Source of the DNA: Trichomonas gallinae
Taxonomy: Eukaryota
NCBI GenBank assembly: GCA_008369845.1
Contig: MRSU01008539.1
Location: 1 to 59,625, forward strand
DNA length: 59,625 bases
Reading direction: 5' to 3'
Position 1 is the first letter of the stretch. Every line of letters begins with the position of its first letter. Positions 44,147-53,093 of this stretch are shown here, one piece after another. The notes below the pieces were generated by a model. It had not been told where the DNA came from, ran no database searches, and was given only the letters and a program-made list of their open reading frames with translations. The translations under genes were made by a program, and so were the position numbers.

Positions 44147-45114
44147 CTTTTTAACACACACTGTTTTAAATAAATCATATTATAATATAGTACATCTATA
44201 AAAACCAACTAAATCTAGAATTGGAGGAATTTCAACTTCAAATCCCGCCAGGCCAAATCAAGAAAAGAAAATTCTTTTGAAAACAAAACAGTATAGTATA
44301 AGTCTATAATAATCCATCAGAGACTACCGACATATCTACAAAGGATAAAATTTGATAAAATGGAAATGCAGTTTTGGAGACGAATAGTATCTGATACCAC
44401 GATCATTCTAGTTTATATTAATGAAAATTATCATCTAATGCGGCGCTGCCAGTATAAAATTTTACACAATTCATAAAACAAGGGAAAGTCATTTCTATAT
44501 TGATCTAGCGCTATAGATGGAACTGTATTGTAAATATTTTTTTATTTGGAAAGAAGATACCTATATAAGGGAAAATCTATTAGATAGAAAGAGAACTTGA
44601 TCATTCTCTGGTTAATATAATGATGTGAAGTCATATTTAGTCTCAAAACGCATAACATAGAGTAGTCGGAATATTGATTTTGGAAAAATTCACTCGTCAG
44701 CATTTGAAATATCCCATATTCCGCAAATTACTCCAATATAAGTGTTTTAGTCCTAAATTTTGTGTCCAATTCCAATAGATATTTTTCGTAAGATATGTGT
44801 TTTCTTCTTTGCCCATCATCATAGGCCTAATGAGCATAATGCGGCTGTTTATGTCAAATCGTTCAAACTAGTATCCTCTTATTTTCCAAAAATTCAAAAT
44901 AGATGGTTGGCCAAATTTTTGTTAATATTCGACATGCATGAAGTCACAGCATACCAAAAACATGGTGATTCATGTAAGTTCCTGATAATTCTGACACGAA
45001 TTTTCTCGAAATAAAGAAAACAAAGGAGCCTGTGCCACCACGGAACGCGAGCGCAATAAATAACGGAATCAAAACTTGCGACCGATTATCCCTCTAAAAA
45101 AATAAAAAAAAATT

Positions 45115-45121
45115 GACCGTT
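45115..45121 (+). promoter_or_regulatory. Myb-recognition-like core promoter element GACCGTT
   Basis: 45 nt upstream of the DEAD-box helicase ATG; resembles trichomonad Myb-type core motif. Confidence 0.35.
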
Positions 45122-45159
45122 TCTAAAACCAAGTTTACAAAAGACGGCACTTTTTTTGA

Positions 45160-46434
45160 ATGTACCGCCGTGGTGGACCACGTAGAGGGGGAAGGGGATC
45201 TTATCATTCTTCCCATGGGAGATATGCCCCTCAACCTGACGTAGAAACATTCGAAGCAAACTGGTTCGAGAGAATAGATGATTTTGACTCAATGGGTCTT
45301 AAACCATTGTTATTGAGGGGTGTCTACAACTATGGCTTCAGAGGCCCGTCAGATATTCAGTCACTCGCCATCAAACCAATCTTAGAGAATCGCTGCGTTA
45401 TCGCTCAGGCACAATCTGGTACTGGTAAGACTGGTGCTTTCGCTATTGGCATCTTAAATAGAATCAACACATCAGAACGCACTACACAGGCTTTAGTTCT
45501 CGCCCCAACAAGAGAACTTGCCACACAGATCTACTATTTCTTTGTTGAAATTGGATCTAAGATGGCTGACCTCAGAGTCGAGCTTTTCAAGGGCGGCAAC
45601 CGTGTTGCTGATGACCAGGCGAAGGCTCAGGAATGCCCACACATCGCTGTTTCAACACCAGGTCGTGCTCTTGACCTCATCGATAATGGATACCTTCGCT
45701 GCGAACATATGGAAATCGCTTGCATTGATGAGGCTGATGAAATGCTTGGTGAGGGCTTCATTGTTCAGATCCAGGAAATCTTCCAATATCTTTCTAAGGA
45801 CGTTCAGTTCTTGCTTTTCTCTGCTACATTTCCAAATGAAATTCTTTCAATTATAGACGAATTCATGGTGGATCCTGTTCGTATCCTCGTCAAGGCCGAA
45901 GCATTGACACTTGAAGGTATCAAGCAGTTCTACGTTGATGTTGAAGCCTCAATTAACAAGTTCCCAACACTCCTCGATATTTATGGCTCACTTTCAATTC
46001 AAAAGGCTGTTATTTTCGCAAACTCCAAGGATACAGTCGAATACCTCCAGAAGAATTTCGAAGCTGCCGAGTTCAATATCTCCGCTATTCACGGCGGTAT
46101 GGAACAAGCCGAGCGTGATAGAATTATGCATCAATTTAGAACAGGCAACACTCGTGCCTTAGTTTCCACAGATCTTTTGGCTCGTGGTATTGATGTCCAG
46201 CAGATTACTCTCGTCATCAACTTCGAGTTACCAAATTCCCCAGAAAACTACTTGCATCGTATTGGCCGTTCAGGCAGATATGGTAGAAAGGGTATTGCCA
46301 TTAACATCTGCGACAACAGTGATTTGGCAACAATTAAAGAGATTGAAAGGATATACCAGACTCAGATCAGCGAACTCCCAGCGGATATCGCCGAACTTGT
46401 TAAGGACGCAAACTCTCAGTTCGATAAGAAATAA
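45160..46434 (+). CDS. eIF4A: DEAD-box RNA helicase, eIF4A-like, with N-terminal RGG extension
   Basis: Q motif, AQSGTGKT, PTRELA, TPGR, DEAD, SAT, LTLEGIKQFY, ARGIDVQ, HRIGRSGRYGRKG. Confidence 0.92.
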   Translation: MYRRGGPRRGGRGSYHSSHGRYAPQPDVETFEANWFERIDDFDSMGLKPLLLRGVYNYGFRGPSDIQSLAIKPILENRCVIAQAQSGTGKTGAFAIGILNRINTSERTTQALVLAPTRELATQIYYFFVEIGSKMADLRVELFKGGNRVADDQAKAQECPHIAVSTPGRALDLIDNGYLRCEHMEIACIDEADEMLGEGFIVQIQEIFQYLSKDVQFLLFSATFPNEILSIIDEFMVDPVRILVKAEALTLEGIKQFYVDVEASINKFPTLLDIYGSLSIQKAVIFANSKDTVEYLQKNFEAAEFNISAIHGGMEQAERDRIMHQFRTGNTRALVSTDLLARGIDVQQITLVINFELPNSPENYLHRIGRSGRYGRKGIAINICDNSDLATIKEIERIYQTQISELPADIAELVKDANSQFDKK

Positions 46435-46760
46435 ATACAGCTATCATTGGCTTCGATAAATAAATAAGAATTCTTCTTTTCAGAATTTATTATTCTTTTT
46501 TACTTTAACTTCTTTCAAAAATACTCTACAAGTCAATTTGAAGGCCTAATTAAAATATAAAATCAAGGAATTAAAAAATATAACATTTTCAAGCTTTAAA
46601 CATGGTAAAGACAATATATTGAGCGTAAATGAAAATAGATTCAAAATCTCGGTGGATCTGTTGATTATTGATTAATTTTTTGCTATTATTACAAACAGGA
46701 ATGGAAAGCTACACTCTATATTACCGCGAATGTTTTTTATCAATAATCAACATATGTTGA

Positions 46761-47012
46761 TCATGAATTTAAATTTAATTTTTCATCAACTTTGTTTTGT
46801 AATCGAATTCGTTCAAAATCTGAATTTATGTCATTTAATGGTGCAGGATTTGATTCCCAAGCACCAAATGAAATTGGATCATTATCTCCTCTTTTTGGGT
46901 CAGCTGGTAGTCCAAATGTTGCCTTGATATCATTGTTTTCAGAAAGCACAGTCTGAACACCGTTCAGTGAATAATAAATCTTCTGAGGAACAGATGTTTC
47001 TAATGAGCTCAT
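46761..47012 (-). CDS. Short hypothetical ORF, possibly a truncated gene or pseudogene
   Basis: ATG at 47012 preceded by CCCTTT; 83 aa protein-like sequence; downstream sequence continues protein-like in shifted frames. Confidence 0.4.
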   Translation of the reverse strand: MSSLETSVPQKIYYSLNGVQTVLSENNDIKATFGLPADPKRGDNDPISFGAWESNPAPLNDINSDFERIRLQNKVDEKLNLNS

Positions 47013-47380
47013 GGAAAAATTTAAAGACAAAGGGGCTTCCTAAATTAAACAAGGGATATGTCAACTTTTGATACCTTTACATGTCAAATTTTCATATGAC
47101 TGTTAATTGTCAAATTAATTATAATCTGCAACATGAGACAAAATAGCTTGATTCGGCGCCTTCTAATTGAGTTCGTTCGTTGGATTAAATATTGTTGGCT
47201 GGGGTTGAATAAAAATATAGTTCATGGTGTTGATATCCATGAATCAAATGATAGGTTTATTAATGTGCGCTTCATTGGTAAGATTTGCTAACTCCTTTTT
47301 GTTACATTTTCTTCGTTTTTAAATCAATATTTATAATATATTTAGAGATGTTTCAAACTTGAAAATCTGAATTCAATAAT

Positions 47381-47631
47381 CGTCATGTAAAATATAGAAT
47401 TGAATGGATTTTTGCTATGTAAAGAATATAATTCATCATATTATGTCTGACTAAATTTCTGCTATGTAAACAAAATAATTCATCTTATTTTGTCATGTAT
47501 AAAATAATTGAATGTTTCTGACTAAATTTCTGCTATGTAAAGAATATAATTGGAATTATTTTGACATGTAAAATACGTTTTTTTGAAAAGAAATGACATG
47601 TAAATGCTATCAAAAAATACTGCCGTGTAAA
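47381..47631. promoter_or_regulatory. Array of 8 co-oriented TGHYRTGTAAA motifs upstream of RapGAP-like gene
   Basis: Copies at 47381, 47413, 47460, 47491, 47531, 47562, 47594, 47621; includes duplicated ctgactaaatttctgctatgtaaa. Confidence 0.7.
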
Positions 47632-47663
47632 TGTAAATATTTGAAATCTTGGCAAATTTCAAT

Positions 47664-50600
47664 ATGACTTCTAAGGAAGCTATTGATGCCTCAAATCACA
47701 AGATACTGAGCGAGAGCATCACTAGCTTCCACAGTTACCTACTGAAGTACATTGGTCAGCTTAATTCTCAGGCAAGTCAAGAGCAAATTTTAAAATATAT
47801 CGACTATTTTAAAGAAGCATTAACAATTACACCTCATCTTGTTGGTAGCCTCGGTGACCAGATCCTTATTTGCTTCTATATGCTTATAGTTCCTACAATG
47901 GATATCGAAATCCGAGAAAACGCGTGGAAAGTTATATTAAACATCCTTAAAATATGCATATTTTACAATTTCAAGCTGTTATCATGGCCGCAAATATTCC
48001 AAATATGCTTTCTTTTGCCAGGGGACAAAGTTAAGTTCGAATATCCAGTTATCAAAGTCGACCAGTGCGTCCAAGCTACACCGGAAGACCTACAGTGCGA
48101 AATTCTCCAGTTAATTCAGCTTATTGACCCAAAATCGCCAACAAAATTTCTTCGCACTTGGTTTACGTTTTTAGTCCAACACATTATCCCAAACATCTTC
48201 AAATACTTAGCGTCGAAAAGCCGCATCATTCGACGCGTTTCTGGCGAATTTCTTCGCCTAATTTCAAATACTGTTTCATTACATAACGATTTATGGCCTT
48301 TCATTTGTAACACACCAGACACAGACCCAATAGATTGCATGAAAAACCTCATCCAGCACTCATTTGACGCTTTTGATGATCTCGAACAATTCAATGAAGC
48401 GCAAATCTTCCACAAATTCATCACAACGGCATTTCCCATTGTTATTAAGTGCAGGAAGACATTTGACAACATTCCAGAAGACTTCGAACAAAACGTTGAT
48501 AAATTTGCGCTTGAAATTGGCATGTTATTGCGTATGAAAATACCATTAAACGAGCTTCTTTCGTGGTTTGACTGCACATTTGATCCAGAACTTGACAGGT
48601 TTCTTCAAGTTTTGCTAAATTCTAAATTGAACATTCAACAGCTGTTTCACGTCATTTTATTCTACATTTACGGCGCAATGATTCAATACATGTACAAATT
48701 AGAAGTTTTATATGACTCTCACGCTCCACTTCCTCAGATTCTTTCACCATTATTCGAATTAATGATGACATTTCGCTGTTTGTTCGATTTCGGCATCAAA
48801 CAACCACAGCTGCGACAGTCTTGTGAGCCACTTCCTCAGATGCTTATGACTCTGCGTTTTAAGACCAAGACTCCTCTCGCATTATCAATCTTCGCTATGT
48901 CTATCTTCGACTCGCAGAAAATCGACATCCAGACCATCAACCGCAACTTCCAGTCTATGGCTAATCCAGGTACAGGCCACAGAAACATTTTGGATTCATT
49001 ATGTCACTTTCTGCAATTTTTTGCAGTCCAATTCGCATTAGTATTAGGTAAGTTTTTCGGCTCCGTCCATCCTAGTTTCTTCAGCCCCATCCAGCTTAAC
49101 GCTCTTGCATTTGAGCGCGAGAACGTCAAGCTTTTCAAGAACTCCAGCGTTGAGCACCAGCTTATGCTCTTCTACAACATGCCTCCGGATGGTTGGGACG
49201 AGCGACTTGCTACCACATTTCTCACAGACTTCCTGACAGTCGCTGACAACTACACCGGATTTGAGTCCAGCTGCAAAGTCATCCAAGCGCTGAACATGGT
49301 CTCCGGTCCCGCCCAACTGCTCCCTGTTCACAGAGCAATCGCGTCTCGTCTTCTTAACCTTCAGGACCAAATTTCATCAGAGAAGATCGAGTCAGTTTTC
49401 TCAGTTGTTAAAAGTGTCTATGGTCTTCCAGATTTCATGCGAATAACAGACTCTAAGACAGACCTTCAGCTTGTGAAAATGCTTCTTCGCTTCATCTCAT
49501 TGTCTTCAGACAGAGTTTTCCACGACGTTGCGAGGTTCTCCATTGACGAGATCTTGCTCGGCCACCCATTCTTCTTCTTGCTCATCCCTGCGTTAGTTGT
49601 CACTATTCTGAGCCCTTCTAAGACATATCCCACAGTTTTGGAGGAATCTCGGTACACAATTCCAGAAAACTTTCAGCGATATTTGAGCTTGCTTACTACT
49701 GTCATCCTTCTTCCTCAACCGAAGCACGACTTCATGTCTTTCTACGAGAGCATCGTCTCAACAGACTTCATGTATAGAGTCAGGAGTTTCTACACGAAAT
49801 GTAGTGTTGGATCTAACTGCCTGAACATCATTAAGGACGTAATAATCAAAGGCTGCTCTTGTGAGTCTTTCACCGCCGATTTCATCTTCTGCATTTTGAT
49901 CAAACAGATCCTCATTGATCACGAAGTCAGCGACAATCTTATCGCTATCATCTGCAGCTTCATTGCCATGTCAGACCCTTCTCCTCTCGTTGTCCGCCTT
50001 TTCTGCATCATCCCATTCCTGAAATCGCACGCTCTGAAGCGTCCAACAGTCATTGGCGACTTGATCACGCAGCTAAAGTCTTTCTTCACTCACTGCTCAG
50101 TCAACCACGAGATATACTCGCACGCTCTGCAAGCGATTTCAGACTACATCATCATCAACATGTGCACGAGCGAGCGAGAAAACCTCATTGACAAGTATTA
50201 TGTCAATAAAGAAGACGAATTTCTTGACAGCATCACAGTTGTCGAGTCGCGGTACTTGATGAAACGCATCGGGAAAGACAGGTCTATCAGTCTTCCACTT
50301 CGTGACAGCCACTTGTTCAACCAAGTATCTAAAGAAGAATACCTCTCTTTTGGACAACGTGTTGAAGACAAGTTCGACATATTCACGCGAAGCATCCAGA
50401 ATGGCGACAGCCACTTCGTCATGCAGACGGAGACAGACTCATCTTCTTTGCTTGAAGAACTAGTCATGTGTGCTCACTCCAAATATGGCCTTGGTCAGGC
50501 TCCTAAGGTCTACTCGCCGACAAACTTAGTCAACGTCTCAGTCTTCTTCAGGTCGAAAGAATCAGTCAACAGCTTTCTCGACACCAGCGACAGCTTCCGT

Positions 50601-50996
50601 AGTTTCCTGAAATCCCTGGGAAGTCCGATTGATAGTAACGAGATTCGGTGGACTACCACTCGTCTCGATGTTCACTTCCAGGTTGCTGCACTTATGGGAG
50701 ACAGCAAAGAAATCCTGTCTAACAAAATCGCTATTGCGTGGAACGAGACATCAGTCCAGCTTCTTAAGAGTGACTTGAAGATGAATGACTTGGCTGTTTT
50801 GATCCGTGTCAAGCCAGTACGTAACGGTCTTGTTTCTGTAAGCACAGTCCCCTGCGACATCGTTGGTCCAATCGGAAGCGATCTTCTTGTACCATGCAAC
50901 ATCTTGTCTGCACTTGTTCAATGGACAGTTTTCACTGTTGCAGGAATCCTTCGCTCTAAGAACGAAAAGAACCTCACCTACAAATCTAAGCATTGA
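47664..50996 (+). CDS. Large alpha-solenoid protein with divergent C-terminal Rap/Ran-GAP (tuberin/RalGAP-like) domain
   Basis: C-terminal SDSFRSFLKSLG...WTTTRLDVHFQVAALM...NKIAIAWNE...VLIRVKPVRNGLVSV...VGPI...VPCNILSALVQWT follows the RapGAP layout; ATG 47664. Confidence 0.7.
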   Translation: MTSKEAIDASNHKILSESITSFHSYLLKYIGQLNSQASQEQILKYIDYFKEALTITPHLVGSLGDQILICFYMLIVPTMDIEIRENAWKVILNILKICIFYNFKLLSWPQIFQICFLLPGDKVKFEYPVIKVDQCVQATPEDLQCEILQLIQLIDPKSPTKFLRTWFTFLVQHIIPNIFKYLASKSRIIRRVSGEFLRLISNTVSLHNDLWPFICNTPDTDPIDCMKNLIQHSFDAFDDLEQFNEAQIFHKFITTAFPIVIKCRKTFDNIPEDFEQNVDKFALEIGMLLRMKIPLNELLSWFDCTFDPELDRFLQVLLNSKLNIQQLFHVILFYIYGAMIQYMYKLEVLYDSHAPLPQILSPLFELMMTFRCLFDFGIKQPQLRQSCEPLPQMLMTLRFKTKTPLALSIFAMSIFDSQKIDIQTINRNFQSMANPGTGHRNILDSLCHFLQFFAVQFALVLGKFFGSVHPSFFSPIQLNALAFERENVKLFKNSSVEHQLMLFYNMPPDGWDERLATTFLTDFLTVADNYTGFESSCKVIQALNMVSGPAQLLPVHRAIASRLLNLQDQISSEKIESVFSVVKSVYGLPDFMRITDSKTDLQLVKMLLRFISLSSDRVFHDVARFSIDEILLGHPFFFLLIPALVVTILSPSKTYPTVLEESRYTIPENFQRYLSLLTTVILLPQPKHDFMSFYESIVSTDFMYRVRSFYTKCSVGSNCLNIIKDVIIKGCSCESFTADFIFCILIKQILIDHEVSDNLIAIICSFIAMSDPSPLVVRLFCIIPFLKSHALKRPTVIGDLITQLKSFFTHCSVNHEIYSHALQAISDYIIINMCTSERENLIDKYYVNKEDEFLDSITVVESRYLMKRIGKDRSISLPLRDSHLFNQVSKEEYLSFGQRVEDKFDIFTRSIQNGDSHFVMQTETDSSSLLEELVMCAHSKYGLGQAPKVYSPTNLVNVSVFFRSKESVNSFLDTSDSFRSFLKSLGSPIDSNEIRWTTTRLDVHFQVAALMGDSKEILSNKIAIAWNETSVQLLKSDLKMNDLAVLIRVKPVRNGLVSVSTVPCDIVGPIGSDLLVPCNILSALVQWTVFTVAGILRSKNEKNLTYKSKH

Positions 50997-51221
50997 TTTT
51001 ACTATTTTGTTATATATATATATATTATATTAAATGTTTGTAATTTTATTATTGATATATATATTAAATATTTCGTTATCTATAGGTATGTTAAATCGAT
51101 AACAGTTCCTGGAAAAGCGATCAATGATTGTAGGAATGTTCGAGAAGTAATTACAATATCAGATGTTTTTGAAAACAGATCCGCACGATAGACTCGCTCA
51201 AATTCGAAAGTAAAAATTTAA

Positions 51222-51656
51222 ATGTTTAATACTCAATTTATATGTATATATCGCCGCCATGATGGATCTTCAGTGTACCATGCTAGGGATATCTCTCTAA
51301 ATATGTGTGTATTCTCAAAAGTAAATTTTGATAGCGCACAAAAGTTTTATCTCGAATTCGATGCTTTTTATAATGATGAATTAAATAAGGTATTCCCAGA
51401 TAAATTCCCTCTTCTATTACCTAAATATTTATTCTATATACGAAGGAATTTAATGTCAAAATATAATGACTTATTGGATAAGCACATCAACAAAATGTAT
51501 TCCAGCTTTCATTCAAACATGAAGAAAATTCAAAATTATGAAGAACAACTTGAACAGAAAAATTCATATCCATGTTTAACTTTCTATTACGCGAGCCGCA
51601 TCGACAGTCTTAAGAATAGAAAATCAAACGATATTTGGACAGTCATTACAGATTGA
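51222..51656 (+). CDS. Hypothetical 144 aa ORF
   Basis: ATG-initiated ORF after AAA context; no recognised family. Confidence 0.4.
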   Translation: MFNTQFICIYRRHDGSSVYHARDISLNMCVFSKVNFDSAQKFYLEFDAFYNDELNKVFPDKFPLLLPKYLFYIRRNLMSKYNDLLDKHINKMYSSFHSNMKKIQNYEEQLEQKNSYPCLTFYYASRIDSLKNRKSNDIWTVITD

Positions 51657-51696
51657 ACAAAAAATAACTAAAATATCTTTTAAATAACTAAACTAG

Positions 51697-51722
51697 CGAG
51701 GAGCAGGCTGGAATCGAACCGA
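51697..51722 (-). repeat. Duplicated 3' end of tRNA-Cys (T-arm, acceptor 3' strand, 2 nt trailer); attR/TSD-like
   Basis: cgaggagcaggctggaatcgaaccga vs cgaggggcaggccggaatcgaaccga at 52720-52745: 24/26 identical, same orientation. Confidence 0.9.
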
Positions 51723-51779
51723 GTGTTTATTCTAACTGTTGTTTTTTCAAGTACCATTGCTGGCGAAAACAACCATATT

Positions 51780-52570
51780 TCAGGTTATAAAGTTTTCTTC
51801 TTTTCCAAACTTTTTTTTGTTTTTTGAAAAAATTGGTGTGTTTCTTGTAGGTATTTTGAAGTTAGGGGGATCTATATCAGGTGATTTTATAGAGTCAGCA
51901 TCATGATTCGAATGATTTTGATTCTCATTTTGGCATGTTATAGTTGAATTTTGAGATGCGGTTTGACCGCTACTATTATTGTCTTGACTTGTAGTCATTG
52001 GCGTTGCAGGTGGAGGGGACAGAATGAACTACGGTAAGTCTGGAAGTGGAGGTGGTCAGGTATGTATAGTTCTGAGTTTCGCTCATTTCGCTGCAACATC
52101 CTTAGATTCTTCTGATTCGAGACGTTGTTCAGCAGATGTGAGTTGGCCTCTGCTGACCGCAAAGACCATGTCCATCTTCATGAGGAGTTTGTTGACATAG
52201 CTTTGTAATTCCTCGATGGTCAAGTTTACTGCTTTTCGAATTGCTGATTTTGATCGACGTGTGCTACTAATAAATATTCTGGTTTCGTGTTAATTCCAAC
52301 TTCTGAAAACTCTTGATTAACTTCGTTAAAATTGTATGTGCTGTAGAGAGACGTGATCGTGTGGAATAGAGTCCTAATGAGTTCAGTGTCTTGGTAGATA
52401 ACTGGTAGGAACTCTTCTGTGAATTGAACTTTTTGTTAATCAGTGAACGCGATGATCAGACTATATGCGTTTGGATCTTGAATCTCCTCGTCTGTATCTT
52501 CTGAGTAGCTGATTGGAACATGTTCAGCATCAAAGCTAAATTCGATAAAATTCGTATTGTTGATGTACTG
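51780..52570 (-). pseudogene. Disrupted ORF inside the tRNA-flanked segment
   Basis: QYINNTNFIEF...IIAFTD*QKVQFTEEFLPVIY...EYLLVAH / frameshift / RSKSAIRKAVNLTIEELQSYVNKLLMKM...DVAAK*AKLRTIHT*PPPLPDLP*FILSPPPATPMTTSQ...: at least 4 stops and 1 frameshift. Confidence 0.7.
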
Positions 52571-52701
52571 TCTATTTATAGTAATTAGAATTAAATATTA
52601 TATATCAAAATTATTTTAGAACAAATTTAATAGGAAAAATCATTAAAAAAGAATATTTGGAGAACACTAGTACAATTAAAACTATACTAAAACAAAAGAT
52701 T

Positions 52702-52715
52702 AAAAAAAGAAAAAA
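52702..52715 (-). terminator. Pol III oligo-T terminator of tRNA-Cys
   Basis: Minus-strand TTTTTTCTTTTTTT starting 6 nt after the tRNA 3' end. Confidence 0.7.
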
Positions 52716-52721
52716 TCTACG

Positions 52722-52793
52722 AGGGGCAGGCCGGAATCGAACCGACTACCCAGGGATCTGCAATCCCTTGCTCTACCGGTGAGCTACTACCCC
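52722..52793 (-). tRNA. tRNA-Cys (GCA)
   Basis: 72-nt cloverleaf GGGGTAG-TA-GCTC ACCGGTA GAGC-A-AGGGA TT GCA GA TCCCT-GGGTA-GTCGG TTCGATT CCGGC-CTGCCCC-T; U discriminator; oligo-T terminator follows. Confidence 0.96.
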
Positions 52794-53093
52794 ATTTACG
52801 TTATATAATTTAAATGTCATAATCTTATGAAATATATCTATTCAAATAATATTGAATATTAATACGATTATTTTTGGTTCAATTAAAAAAGCAATAATGC
52901 ATATATCAAATATAGATCATTATTTTGCAAATTTGCCATTACACACGTAATTTTTCGAACAATTCGTAGTAATTTTGATAATAAAACATTGCATATTGAT
53001 CAAAACATTCATGCCAAGTGATTGCAAATCTACCAGTACACCTTTCTTAATAATAAATTTCAAACAATACAAACATTTTATTAAAATCAAATA

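Larger units (their letters stand above)
51723..52719 (-). mobile_element. Putative degenerate tRNA-integrated element
   Basis: ~1 kb bounded by the 26-bp tRNA 3' duplication; contains a disrupted ORF. Confidence 0.55.

Noticed and set aside
30763..50996. TTG starts given by the ORF track for the 33030 and 47649 ORFs (also the 19760 ORF)
   Set aside because: An in-frame ATG lies 5-12 codons downstream in good context, so non-AUG initiation is not needed, unlike Uba3 and the LRR gene.
51086..51105. GTATGT...TAACAG mini-intron candidate
   Set aside because: Only 20 nt, lacks the CTAAC branch motif fused to the 3' splice site, and joins no evident exons.
52722..52793. Selenocysteine or suppressor tRNA
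   Set aside because: Anticodon is GCA with a short variable loop and 7-bp acceptor stem: ordinary Cys.
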